This document shows positions 40,201 to 55,300 of a stretch of 64,000 nucleotides of DNA, one piece after another. Each line of letters opens with the position of its first letter. Within the stretch, counting starts at the first letter, position 1. Both the position numbers and the translations under genes were made by a program. The notes beneath the pieces are model-generated. The model was not told where the DNA came from and ran no database searches. It saw nothing but the letters and a program-made list of their open reading frames with translations. The DNA is from Auanema rhodensis (taxonomy: Eukaryota > Animalia > Nematoda): assembly GCA_964057225.1 (NCBI GenBank), contig OZ059894.1, positions 1,364,001 to 1,428,000 on the forward strand, read 5' to 3'.

Positions 40201-43200
40201 AGGAACGCTTAATACAAAAATTAGTTATGATCGTTTGAAAAATGATGCATTAGTGTATGTTGAGTTTCCATGTACACTCAACATAGCTTCCAAAAACATT
40301 TTGACAAAAATTTTTTCGAAAAATTTCAGAATAATTTAGCAAAAAGTAGATGTTTTTAGATTTCTTTTCTCAAGGCAAAGACGATGGACAATGTTATTCA
40401 ACGAAAAAATTAATTCTTCAGGGTGAAAATCGAGGATATAAGTGTGAACTTATATCAGTTGATATCTCGGTGCATTTTTAAGCTAGCGCAAATCTGATAA
40501 CACAGATCGACGCAGCTTGAAAATCCGCATCGAATGCACTATACTACTTTGAGAAACGCTTAATACAAAAATCAGTTATGATCGTTTGAAAAATGATGCA
40601 TTAGTGTATGTTGAGTTTCCATGTACACTCAACATTGCTTCCAAAAACATTTTGACAAAAATTTTTTCGAAAAATTTCAAAATAATTTAGCAAAAAGTAG
40701 ATGTTTTTAGATTCCTTTTTTCAAGGCGAAGACGATGGACATTGTTATTCAACGAAAAAATTAATTCTTCAGGGTGAAAATCGAGGATATAAGTGTGAAC
40801 TTATATCAGTTGATATCTCGGTGCATTTTTAAGCTAGCGCAAATCTGATAACACAGATCGACGCAGCTTGAAAATCCGCATCGAATGCACTATACTACAT
40901 TGAGAAACGCTTAATACAAAAATTAGTTATGATCGTTTGAAAAATGATGCATTAGTGTATGTTGAGTTTCCATGTACACTCAACATAGCTTCCAAAAACA
41001 TTTTGACAAAAATTTTTTCGAAAAATTTCAAAATAATTTAGCAGAAAGTAGATGTTTTTAGATTCCTTTTTTTAAGGCAAAGACGATGGACAATGTTATT
41101 CAACGAAAAAATTAATTCTTCAGGGTGAAAATCGAGGATATAAGTGTGAACTTATATCAGTTGATATCTCGTTGCATTTTTAAGCTAGCGCAAATCTGAT
41201 AACACAGATCGACGCAGCTTGAAAATACGCATCGAATGCACTATACTACTTTGAGAAACGCTTAATACAAAAATTAGTTATGATCGTTTGAAAAATGATG
41301 CATTAGTGTATGTTGAGTTTCCATGTACACTCAACATAGCTTCCAAAAACATTTTGACAAAAATTTTTTCGAAAAATTTCAGAATAATTTAGCAAAAAGT
41401 AGATGTTTTTAGATTTCTTTTCTCAAGGCAAAGACGATGGACAATGTTATTCAACGAAAAAATTAATTCTTCAGGGTGAAAATCGAGGATATAAGTGTGA
41501 ACTTATATCAGTTGATATCTCGGTGCATTTTTAAGCTAGCGCAAATCTGATAACACAGATCGACGCAGCTTGAAAATCCGCATCGAATGCACTATACTAC
41601 TTTGAGAAACGCTTAATACAAAAATTAGTTATGATCGTTTGAAAAATGATGCATTAGTGTATGTTGAGTTTCCATGTACACTCAACATTGCTTCCAAAAA
41701 AATTTTGACAAAAATTTTTTCGAAAAATTTCAAATTAATTTAGCAGAAAGTATATGTTTTTAGATTTCTTTTTTCAAGGCAAAGACGATGGACAATGTTA
41801 TTCAACGAAAAAATTAATTCTTCAGGGTGAAAATCGAGGATATAAGTGTGAATTTATATCAGTTGATATCTCGGTGCATTTTTAAGCTAGCGCAAATCTG
41901 ATAACACAGATCGACGCAGCTTGAAAATCCGCATTGAATGCACTATACTACATTGAGGAACGCTTAATACAAAAATTAGTTATGATCGTTTGAAAAATGA
42001 TGCATTAGTGTATGTTGAGTTTCCATGTACACTCAACATAGCTTCCAAAAACATTTTGACAAAAATTTTTTCGAAAAATTTCAAAATAATTTAGCAGAAA
42101 GTAGATGTTTTTAGATTCCTTTTTTTAAGGCAAAGACGATGGACAATGTTATTCAACGAAAAAATTAATTCTTCAGGGTGAAAATCGAGAATATAAGTGT
42201 GAACTTATATCAGTTGATATCTCGGTGCATTTTTAAGCTAGCGCAAATCTGATAACACAGATCGACGCAGCTTGAAAATCCGCATCGAATGCACTATACT
42301 ACATTGAGGAACGCTTAATACAAAAATTAGTTATGATCGTTTGAAAAATGATGCATTAGTGTATGTTGAGTTTCCATGTACACTCAACATAGCTTCCAAA
42401 AACATTTTGACAAAAATTTTTTCGAAAAATTTCAAAATAATTTAGCAGAAAGTAGATGTTTTTAGATTCCTTTTTTTAAGGCAAAGACGATGGACAATGT
42501 TATTCAACGAAAAAATTAATTCTTCAGGGTGAAAATCGAGGATATAAGTGTGAACTTATATCAGTTGATATCTCGTTGCATTTTTAAGCTAGCGCAAATC
42601 TGATAACACAGATCGACGCAGCTTGAAAATACGCATCGAATGCACTATACTACTTTGAGAAACGCTTAATACAAAAATTAGTTATGATCGTTTGAAAAAT
42701 GATGCATTAGTGTATGTTGAGTTTCCATGTACACTCAACATAGCTTCCAAAAACATTTTGACAAAAATTTTTTCGAAAAATTTCAAATTAATTTAGCAGA
42801 AAGTATATGTTTTTAGATTTCTTTTTTCAAGGCAAAGACGATGGACAATGTTATTCAACGAAAAAATTAATTCTTCAGGGTGAAAATCGAGGATATAAGT
42901 GTGAACTTATATCAGTTGATATCTCGGTGCATTTTTAAGCTAGCGCAAATCTGATAACACAGATCGACGCAGCTTGAAAATCCGCATCGAATGCACTATA
43001 CTACTTTGAGAAACGCTTAATACAAAAATTAGTTATGATCGTTTGAAAAATGATGCATTAGTGTATGTTGAGTTTCCATGTACACTCAACATTGCTTCCA
43101 AAAAAATTTTGACAAAAATTTTTTCGAAAAATTTCAAATTAATTTAGCAGAAAGTATATGTTTTTAGATTTCTTTTTTCAAGGCAAAGACGATGGACAAT

Positions 43201-46200
43201 GTTATTCAACGAAAAAATTAATTCTTCAGGGTGAAAATCGAGGATATAAGTGTGAATTTATATCAGTTGATATCTCGGTGCATTTTTAAGCTAGCGCAAA
43301 TCTGATAACACAGATCGACGCAGCTTGAAAATCCGCATTGAATGCACTATACTACATTGAGGAACGCTTAATACAAAAATTAGTTATGATCGTTTGAAAA
43401 ATGATGCATTAGTGTATGTTGAGTTTCCATGTATACTCAACATAGCTTCCAAAAACATTTTGACAAAAATTTTTTCGAAAAATTTCAAAATAATTTAGCA
43501 GAAAGTAGATGTTTTTAGATTCCTTTTTTTAAGGCAAAGACGATGGACAATGTTATTCAACGAAAAAATTAATTCTTCAGGGTGAAAATCGAGAATATAA
43601 GTGTGAACTTATATCAGTTGATATCTCGGTGCATTTTTAAGCTAGCGCAAATCTGATAACACAGATCGACGCAGCTTGAAAATCCGCATCGAATGCACTA
43701 TACTACATTGAGAAACGCTTAATACAAAAATTAGTTATGATCGTTTGAAAAATGATGCATTAGTGTATGTTGAGTTTCCATGTACACTCAACATAGCTTC
43801 CAAAAACATTTTGACAAAAATTTTTTCGAAAAATTTCAAAATAATTTAGCAGAAAGTAGATGTTTTTAGATTCCTTTTTTTAAGGCAAAGACGATGGACA
43901 ATGTTATTCAACGAAAAAATTAATTCTTCAGGGTGAAAATCGAGGATATAAGTGTGAACTTATATCAGTTGATATCTCGGTGCATTTTTAAGCTAGCGCA
44001 AATCTGATAACACAGATCGACGCAGCTTGAAAATCCGCATCGAATGCACTATACTACATTGAGGAACGCTTAATACAAAAATTAGTTATGATCGTTTGAA
44101 AAATGATGCATTAGTGTATGTTGAGTTTCCATGTACACTCAACATAGCTTCCAAAAACATTTTGACAAAAATTTTTTCGAAAAATTTCAAAATAATTTAG
44201 CAGAAAGTAGATGTTTTTAGATTCCTTTTTTTAAGGCAAAGACGATGGACAATGTTATTCAACGAAAAAATTAATTCTTCAGGGTGAAAATCGAGGATAT
44301 AAGTGTGAACTTATATCAGTTGATATCTCGGTGCATTTTTAAGCTAGCGCAAATCTGATAACACAGATCGACGCAGCTTGAAAATACGCATCGAATGCCT
44401 TATACTACTTTGAGAAACGCTTAATACAAAAATTAGTTATGATCGTTTGAAAAATGATGCATTAGTGTATGTTGAGTTTCCATGTACACTCAACATAGCT
44501 TCCAAAAACATTTTGACAAAAATTTTTTCGAAAAATTTCAAAATAATTTAGCAAAAAGTAGATGTTTTTAGATTCCTTTTTTCAAGGCAAAGACGATGGA
44601 CAATGTTATTCAACAAAAAAATTAATTCTTCAGGGTGAAAATCGAGGATATAAGTGTGAACTTATCTCAGTTGATATCTCGGTGCATTTTTAAGCTAGCG
44701 CAAATCTGATAACACAGATCGACGCAGCTTGAAAATCCGCATCGAATGCACTATACTACTTTGAGAAACGCTTAATACAAAAATTAGTTATGATCGTTTG
44801 AAAAATGATGCATTAGTGTATGTTGAGTTTCCATGTACACTCAACATTGCTTCCAAAAACATTTTGACAAAAATTTTTTCGAAAAATTTCAAATTAATTT
44901 AGCAGAAAGTATATGTTTTTAGATTCCTTTTTTCAAGGCAAAGACGATGGACAATGTTATTCAACGAAAAAATTAATTCTTCAGGGTGAAAATCGAGGAT
45001 ATAAGTGTGAACTTATATCAGTTGATATCTCGGTGCATTTTTAAGCTAGCGCAAATCTGATAACACAGATCGACGCAGCTTGAAAATCCGCATCGAATGC
45101 ACTATACTACTTTGAGAAACGCTTAATACAAAAATCAGTTATGATCGTTTGAAAAATGATGCATTAGTGTATGTTGAGTTTCCATGTACACTCAACATTG
45201 CTTCCAAAAACATTTTGACAAAAATTTTTTCGAAAAATTTCAAAATAATTTAGCAAAAAGTAGATGTTTTTAGATTCCTTTTTTCAAGGCGAAGACGATG
45301 GACATTGTTATTCAACGAAAAAATTAATTCTTCAGGGTGAAAATCGAGGATATAAGTGTGAACTTATATCAGTTGATATCTCGGTGCATTTTTAAGCTAG
45401 CGCAAATCTGATAACACAGATCGACGCAGCTTGAAAATCCGCATCGAATGCACTATACTACATTGAGAAACGCTTAATACAAAAATTAGTTATGATCGTT
45501 TGAAAAATGATGCATTAGTGTATGTTGAGTTTCCATGTACACTCAACATAGCTTCCAAAAACATTTTGACAAAAATTTTTTCGAAAAATTTCAAAATAAT
45601 TTAGCAGAAAGTAGATGTTTTTAGATTCCTTTTTTTAAGGCAAAGACGATGGACAATGTTATTCAACGAAAAAATTAATTCTTCAGGGTGAAAATCGAGG
45701 ATATAAGTGTGAACTTATATCAGTTGATATCTCGTTGCATTTTTAAGCTAGCGCAAATCTGATAACACAGATCGACGCAGCTTGAAAATACGCATCGAAT
45801 GCACTATACTACTTTGAGAAACGCTTAATACAAAAATTAGTTATGATTGTTTGAAAAATGATGCATTAGTGTATGTTGAGTTTCCATGTACACTCAACAT
45901 AGCTTCCAAAAACATTTTGACAAAAATTTTTTCGAAAAATTTCAGAATAATTTAGCAAAAAGTAGATGTTTTTAGATTTCTTTTCTCAAGGCAAAGACGA
46001 TGGACAATGTTATTCAACGAAAAAATTAATTCTTCAGGGTGAAAATCGAGGATATAAGTGTGAACTTATATCAGTTGATATCTCGGTGCATTTTTAAGCT
46101 AGCGCAAATCTGATAACACAGATCGACGCAGCTTAAAAATCCGCATCGAATGCACTATACTACATTGAGGAACGCTTAATACAAAAATTAGTTATGATCG

Positions 46201-49200
46201 TTTGAAAAATGATGCATTAGTGTATGTTGAGTTTCCATGTACACTCAACATAGCTTCCAAAAACATTTTGACAAAAATTTTTTCGAAAAATTTCAGAATA
46301 ATTTAGCAAAAAGTAGATGTTTTTAGATTTCTTTTCTCAAGGCAAAGACGATGGACAATGTTATTCAACGAAAAAATTAATTCTTCAGGGTGAAAATCGA
46401 GGATATAAGTGTGAACTTATATCAGTTGATATCTCGGTGCATTTTTAAGCTAGCGCAAATCTGATAACACAGATCGACGCAGCTTGAAAATCCGCATCGA
46501 ATGCACTATACTACTTTGAGAAACGCTTAATACAAAAATCAGTTATGATCGTTTGAAAAATGATGCATTAGTGTATGTTGAGTTTCCATGTACACTCAAC
46601 ATTGCTTCCAAAAACATTTTGACAAAAATTTTTTCGAAAAATTTCAAAATAATTTAGCAAAAAGTAGATGTTTTTAGATTCCTTTTTTCAAGGCGAAGAC
46701 GATGGACATTGTTATTCAACGAAAAAATTAATTCTTCAGGGTGAAAATCGAGGATATAAGTGTGAACTTATATCAGTTGATATCTCGGTGCATTTTTAAG
46801 CTAGCGCAAATCTGATAACACAGATCGACGCAGCTTGAAAATCCGCATCGAATGCACTATACTACATTGAGAAACGCTTAATACAAAAATTAGTTATGAT
46901 CGTTTGAAAAATGATGCATTAGTGTATGTTGAGTTTCCATGTACACTCAACATAGCTTCCAAAAACATTTTGACAAAAATTTTTTCGAAAAATTTCAAAA
47001 TAATTTAGCAGAAAGTAGATGTTTTTAGATTCCTTTTTTTAAGGCAAAGACGATGGACAATGTTATTCAACGAAAAAATTAATTCTTCAGGGTGAAAATC
47101 GAGGATATAAGTGTGAACTTATATCAGTTGATATCTCGTTGCATTTTTAAGCTAGCGCAAATCTGATAACACAGATCGACGCAGCTTGAAAATACGCATC
47201 GAATGCACTATACTACTTTGAGAAACGCTTAATACAAAAATTAGTTATGATCGTTTGAAAAATGATGCATTAGTGTATGTTGAGTTTCCATGTACACTCA
47301 ACATAGCTTCCAAAAACATTTTGACAAAAATTTTTTCGAAAAATTTCAGAATAATTTAGCAAAAAGTAGATGTTTTTAGATTTCTTTTCTCAAGGCAAAG
47401 ACGATGGACAATGTTATTCAACGAAAAAATTAATTCTTCAGGGTGAAAATCGAGGATATAAGTGTGAACTTATATCAGTTGATATCTCGGTGCATTTTTA
47501 AGCTAGCGCAAATCTGATAACACAGATCGACGCAGCTTGAAAATCCGCATCGAATGCACTATACTACTTTGAGAAACGCTTAATACAAAAATTAGTTATG
47601 ATCGTTTGAAAAATGATGCATTAGTGTATGTTGAGTTTCCATGTACACTCAACATTGCTTCCAAAAAAATTTTGACAAAAATTTTTTCGAAAAATTTCAA
47701 ATTAATTTAGCAGAAAGTATATGTTTTTAGACTTCTTTTTTCAAGGCAAAGACGATGGACAATGTTATTCAACGAAAAAATTAATTCTTCAGGGTGAAAA
47801 TCGAGGATATAAGTGTGAATTTATATCAGTTGATATCTCGGTGCATTTTTAAGCTAGCGCAAATCTGATAACACAGATCGACGCAGCTTGAAAATCCGCA
47901 TTGAATGCACTATACTACATTGAGGAACGCTTAATACAAAAATTAGTTATGATCGTTTGAAAAATGATGCATTAGTGTATGTTGAGTTTCCATGTACACT
48001 CAACATAGCTTCCAAAAACATTTTGACAAAAATTTTTTCGAAAAATTTCAAAATAATTTAGCAGAAAGTAGATGTTTTTAGATTCCTTTTTTTAAGGCAA
48101 AGACGATGGACAATGTTATTCAACGAAAAAATTAATTCTTCAGGGTGAAAATCGAGAATATAAGTGTGAACTTATATCAGTTGATATCTCGGTGCATTTT
48201 TAAGCTAGCGCAAATCTGATAACACAGATCGACGCAGCTTGAAAATCCGCATCGAATGCACTATACTACATTGAGGAACGCTTAATACAAAAATTAGTTA
48301 TGATCGTTTGAAAAATGATGCATTAGTGTATGTTGAGTTTCCATGTACACTCAACATAGCTTCCAAAAACATTTTGACAAAAATTTTTTCGAAAAATTTC
48401 AAAATAATTTAGCAGAAAGTAGATGTTTTTAGATTCCTTTTTTTAAGGCAAAGACGATGGACAATGTTATTCAACGAAAAAATTAATTCTTCAGGGTGAA
48501 AATCGAGGATATAAGTGTGAACTTATATCAGTTGATATCTCGTTGCATTTTTAAGCTAGCGCAAATCTGATAACACAGATCAACGCAGCTTAAAAATCCG
48601 CATTGAATGCACTATACTACATTGAGGAACGCTTAATACAAAAATTAGTTATGATCGTTTGAAAAATGATGCATTAGTGTATGTTGAGTTTCCATGTACA
48701 CTCAACATAGCTTCCAAAAACATTTTGACAAAAATTTTTTCGAAAAATTTCAAAATAATTTAGCAGAAAGTAGATGTTTTTAGATTCCTTTTTTTAAGGC
48801 AAAGACGATGGACAATGTTATTCAACGAAAAAATTAATTCTTCAGGGTGAAAATCGAGAATATAAGTGTGAACTTATATCAGTTGATATCTCGGTGCATT
48901 TTTAAGCTAGCGCAAATCTGATAACACAGATCGACGCAGCTTGAAAATCCGCATCGAATGCACTATACTACATTGAGGAACGCTTAATACAAAAATTAGT
49001 TATGATCGTTTGAAAAATGATGCATTAGTGTATGTTGAGTTTCCATGTACACTCAACATAGCTTCCAAAAACATTTTGACAAAAATTTTTTCGAAAAATT
49101 TCAAAATAATTTAGCAGAAAGTAGATGTTTTTAGATTCCTTTTTTTAAGGCAAAGACGATGGACAATGTTATTCAACGAAAAAATTAATTCTTCAGGGTG

Positions 49201-52200
49201 AAAATCGAGGATATAAGTGTGAACTTATATCAGTTGATATCTCGTTGCATTTTTAAGCTAGCGCAAATCTGATAACACAGATCGACGCAGCTTGAAAATA
49301 CGCATCGAATGCACTATACTACTTTGAGAAACGCTTAATACAAAAATTAGTTATGATCGTTTGAAAAATGATGCATTAGTGTATGTTGAGTTTCCATGTA
49401 CACTCAACATAGCTTCCAAAAACATTTTGACAAAAATTTTTTCGAAAAATTTCAGAATAATTTAGCAAAAAGTAGATGTTTTTAGATTTCTTTTCTCAAG
49501 GCAAAGACGATGGACAATGTTATTCAACGAAAAAATTAATTCTTCAGGGTGAAAATCGAGGATATAAGTGTGAACTTATATCAGTTGATATCTCGGTGCA
49601 TTTTTAAGCTAGCGCAAATCTGATAACACAGATCGACGCAGCTTGAAAATCCGCATCGAATGCACTATACTACATTGAGGAACGCTTAATACAAAAATTA
49701 GTTATGATCGTTTGAAAAATGATGCATTAGTGTATGTTGAGTTTCCATGTACACTCAACATAGCTTCCAAAAACATTTTGACAAAAATTTTTTCGAAAAA
49801 TTTCAAAATAATTTAGCAGAAAGTAGATGTTTTTAGATTCCTTTTTTTAAGGCAAAGACGATGGACAATGTTATTCAACGAAAAAATTAATTCTTCAGGG
49901 TGAAAATCGAGGATATAAGTGTGAACTTATATCAGTTGATATCTCGTTGCATTTTTAAGCTAGCGCAAATCTGATAACACAGATCGACGCAGCTTAAAAA
50001 TCCGCATCGAATGCACTATACTACATTGAGGAACGCTTAATACAAAAATTAGTTATGATCGTTTGAAAAATGATGCATTAGTGTATGTTGAGTTTCCATG
50101 TACACTCAACATAGCTTCCAAAAACATTTTGACAAAAATTTTTTCGAAAAATTTCAAAATAATTTAGCAGAAAGTAGATGTTTTTAGATTCCTTTTTTTA
50201 AGGCAAAGACGATGGACAATGTTATTCAACGAAAAAATTAATTCTTCAGGGTGAAAATCGAGGATATAAGTGTGAACTTATCTCAGTTGATATCTCGGTG
50301 CATTTTTAAGCTAGCGCAAATCTGATAACACAGATCGACGCAGCTTGAAAATCCGCATCGAATGCACTATACTACATTGAGGAACGCTTAATACAAAATT
50401 AGTTATGATCGTTTGAAAAATGATGCATTAGTGTATGTTGAGTTTCCATGTACACTCAACATAGCTTCCAAAAACATTTTGACAAAAATTTTTTCGAAAA
50501 ATTTCAAAATAATTTAGCAAAAAGTAGATGTTTTTAGATTCCTTTTTTCAAGGCAAAGACGATGGACAATGTTATTCAACAAAAAAATTAATTCTTCAGG
50601 GTGAAAATCGAGGATATAAGTGTGAACTTATCTCAGTTGATATCTCGGTGTATTTTTAAGCTAGCGCAAATCTGATAACACAGATCGACGCAGCTTGAAA
50701 ATCCGCATCGAATGCACTATACTACTTTGAGAAACGCTTAATACAAAAATTAGTTATGATCGTTTGAAAAATGATGCATTAGTGTATGTTGAGTTTCCAT
50801 GTACACTCAACATTGCTTCCAAAAACATTTTGACAAAAATTTTTTCGAAAAATTTCAGAATAATTTAGCAAAAAGTAGATGTTTTTAGATTTCTTTTCTC
50901 AAGGCAAAGACGATGGACAATGTTATTCAACGAAAAAATTAATTCTTCAGGGTGAAAATCGAGGATATAAGTGTGAATTTATATCAGTTGATATCTCGGT
51001 GCATTTTTAAGCTAGCGCAAATCTGATAACACAGATCGACGCAGCTTAAAAATCCGCATCGAATGCACTATACTACATTGAGGAACGCTTAATACAAAAA
51101 TTAGTTATGATCGTTTGAAAAATGATGCATTAGTGTATGTTGAGTTTCCATGTACACTCAACATAGCTTCCAAAAACATTTTGACAAAAATTTTTTCGAA
51201 AAATTTCAGAATAATTTAGCAAAAAGTAGATGTTTTTAGATTTCTTTTCTCAAGGCAAAGACGATGGACAATGTTATTCAACGAAAAAATTAATTCTTCA
51301 GGGTGAAAATCGAGGATATAAGTGTGAACTTATATCAGTTGATATCTCGGTGCATTTTTAAGCTAGCGCAAATCTGATAACACAGATCGACGCAGCTTGA
51401 AAATCCGCATCGAATGCACTATACTACTTTGAGAAACGCTTAATACAAAAATCAGTTATGATCGTTTGAAAAATGATGCATTAGTGTATGTTGAGTTTCC
51501 ATGTACACTCAACATTGCTTCCAAAAACATTTTGACAAAAATTTTTTCGAAAAATTTCAAAATAATTTAGCAAAAAGTAGATGTTTTTAGATTCCTTTTT
51601 TCAAGGCGAAGACGATGGACATTGTTATTCAACGAAAAAATTAATTCTTCAGGGTGAAAATCGAGGATATAAGTGTGAACTTATATCAGTTGATATCTCG
51701 GTGTATTTTTAAGCTAGCGCAAATCTGATAACACAGATCGACGCAGCTTGAAAATCCGCATCGAATGCACTATACTACATTGAGAAACGCTTAATACAAA
51801 AATTAGTTATGATCGTTTGAAAAATGATGCATTAGTGTATGTTGAGTTTCCATGTACACTCAACATAGCTTCCAAAAACATTTTGACAAAAATTTTTTCG
51901 AAAAATTTCAAAATAATTTAGCAGAAAGTAGATGTTTTTAGATTCCTTTTTTTAAGGCAAAGACGATGGACAATGTTATTCAACGAAAAAATTAATTCTT
52001 CAGGGTGAAAATCGAGGATATAAGTGTGAACTTATATCAGTTGATATCTCGTTGCATTTTTAAGCTAGCGCAAATCTGATAACACAGATCGACGCAGCTT
52101 GAAGATACGCATCGAATGCACTATACTACTTTGAGAAACGCTTAATACAAAAATTAGTTATGATCGTTTGAAAAATGATGCATTAGTGTATGTTGAGTTT

Positions 52201-52300
52201 CCATGTACACTCAACATAGCTTCCAAAAACATTTTGACAAAAATTTTTTCGAAAAATTTCAGAATAATTTAGCAAAAAGTAGATGTTTTTAGATTTCTTT
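37208..52300. repeat. Large 17/18-monomer (about 6-kb) higher-order repeat, two near-complete copies plus a partial third, with nested 4-mers
   Basis: GAATGCCTT at 38081/44399 (+6318); CAACAAAA at 38297/44615/50581 (+6318, +5966); GGCGAAG..CATTG at 39324/45291 and 40728/46695 (+5967; internal spacing 1404). Confidence 0.85.
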
Positions 52301-55300
52301 TCTCAAGGCAAAGACGATGGACAATGTTATTCAACGAAAAAATTAATTCTTCAGGGTGAAAATCGAGGATATAAGTGTGAACTTATATCAGTTGATATCT
52401 CGGTGCATTTTTAAGCTAGCGCAAATCTGATAACACAGATCGACGCAGCTTGAAAATCCGCATCGAATGCATTATACTACTTTGAGAAACGCTTAATACA
52501 AAAATTAGTTATGATCGTTTGAAAAATGATGCATTAGTGTATGTTGAGTTTCCATGTACACTCAACATAGCTTCCAAAAACATTTTGACAAAAATTTTTT
52601 CGAAAAATTTCAAAATAATTTAGCAGAAAGTAGATGTTTTTAGATTCCTTTTTTTAAGGCAAAGACGATGGACAATGTTATTTAACGAAAAAATTAATTC
52701 TTCAGGGTGAAAATCGAGGATATAAGTGTGAACTTATATCAGTTGATATCTCGTTGCATTTTTAAGCTAGCGCAAATCTGATAACACAGATCGACGCAGC
52801 TTGAAGATACGCATCGAATGCACTATACTACTTTGAGAAACGCTTAATACAAAAATTAGTTATGATCGTTTGAAAAATGATGCATTAGTGTATGTTGAGT
52901 TTCCATGTACACTCAACATAGCTTCCAAAAACATTTTGACAAAAATTTTTTCGAAAAATTTCAGAATAATTTAGCAAAAAGTAGATGTTTTTAGATTTCT
53001 TTTCTCAAGGCAAAGACGATGGACAATGTTATTCAACGAAAAAATTAATTCTTCAGGGTGAAAATCGAGGATATAAGTGTGAACTTATATCAGTTGATAT
53101 CTCGGTGCATTTTTAAGCTAGCGCAAATCTGATAACACAGATCGACGCAGCTTGAAAATCCGCATCGAATGCACTATACTACTTTGAGAAACGCTTAATA
53201 CAAAAATTAGTTATGATCGTTTGAAAAATGATGCATTAGTGTATGTTGAGTTTCCATGTACACTCAACATTGCTTCCAAAAAAATTTTGACAAAAATTTT
53301 TTCGAAAAATTTCAAATTAATTTAGCAGAAAGTATATGTTTTTAGATTTCTTTTTTCAAGGCAAAGACGATGGACAATGTTATTCAACGAAAAAATTAAT
53401 TCTTCAGGGTGAAAATCGAGGATATAAGTGTGAATTTATATCAGTTGATATCTCGGTGCATTTTTAAGCTAGCGCAAATCTGATAACACAGATCGACGCA
53501 GCTTGAAAATCCGCATTGAATGCACTATACTACATTGAGGAACGCTTAATACAAAAATTAGTTATGATCGTTTGAAAAATGATGCATTAGTGTATGTTGA
53601 GTTTCCATGTACACTCAACATAGCTTCCAAAAACATTTTGACAAAAATTTTTTCGAAAAATTTCAAAATAATTTAGCAGAAAGTAGATGTTTTTAGATTC
53701 CTTTTTTTAAGGCAAAGACGATGGACAATGTTATTCAACGAAAAAATTAATTCTTCAGGGTGAAAATCGAGAATATAAGTGTGAACTTATATCAGTTGAT
53801 ATCTCGGTGCATTTTTAAGCTAGCGCAAATCTGATAACACAGATCGACGCAGCTTGAAAATCCGCATCGAATGCACTATACTACATTGAGGAACGCTTAA
53901 TACAAAAATTAGTTATGATTGTTTGAAAAATGATGCATTAGTGTATGTTGAGTTTCCATGTACACTCAACATAGCTTCCAAAAACATTTTGACAAAAATT
54001 TTTTCGAAAAATTTCAAAATAATTTAGCAGAAAGTAGATGTTTTTAGATTCCTTTTTTTAAGGCAAAGACGATGGACAATGTTATTCAACGAAAAAATTA
54101 ATTCTTCAGGGTGAAAATCGAGGATATAAGTGTGAACTTATATCAGTTGATATCTCGGTGCATTTTTAAGCTAGCGCAAATCTGATAACACAGATCGACG
54201 CAGCTTGAAAATCCGCATCGAATGCACTATACTACTTTGAGAAACGCTTAATACAAAAATTAGTTATGATCGTTTGAAAAATGATGCATTAGTGTATGTT
54301 GAGTTTCCATGTACACTCAACATAGCTTCCAAAAACATTTTGACAAAATTTTTTTCGAAAAATTTCAAAATAATTTAGCAGAAAGTAGATGTTTTTAGAT
54401 TCCTTTTTTTGAGGCAAAGACGACGGACAATGTTATTCAACGAAAAAATTAATTCTTCAGGGTGAAAATCGAGGATATAAGTGTGAATTTATATCAGTTG
54501 ATATCTCGGTGCATTTTTAAGCTAGCGCAAATCTGATAACACAGATCGACGCAGCTTAAAAATCCGCATCGAATGCACTATACTACTTTGAAAAACGCTT
54601 AATACAAAAATTAGTTATGATCGTTTGAAAAATGATGCATTAGTGTATGTTGAGTTTCCATGTACACTCAACATAGCTTCCAAAAACATTTTGACAAAAA
54701 TTTTTTCGAAAAATTTCAGAATAATTTAGCAAAAAGTAGATGTTTTTAGATTTCTTTTCTCAAGGCAAAGACGATGGACAATGTTATTCAACGAAAAAAT
54801 TAATTCTTCAGGGTGAAAATCGAGGATATAAGTGTGAACTTATATCAGTTGATATCTCGGTGCATTTTTAAGCTAGCGCAAATCTGATAACACAGATCGA
54901 CGCAGCTTGAAAATCCGCATTGAATGCACTATACTACATTGAGGAACGCTTAATACAAAAATTAGTTATGATCGTTTGAAAAATGATGCATTAGTGTATG
55001 TTGAGTTTCCATGTACACTCAACATAGCTTCCAAAAACATTTTGACAAAAATTTTTTCGAAAAATTTCAAAATAATTTAGCAGAAAGTAGATGTTTTTAG
55101 ATTCCTTTTTTTAAGGCAAAGACGATGGACAATGTTATTCAACGAAAAAATTAATTCTTCAGGGTGAAAATCGAGGATATAAGTGTGAACTTATATCAGT
55201 TGATATCTCGTTGCATTTTTAAGCTAGCGCAAATCTGATAACACAGATCGACGCAGCTTGAAGATACGCATCGAATGCACTATACTACTTTGAGAAACGC

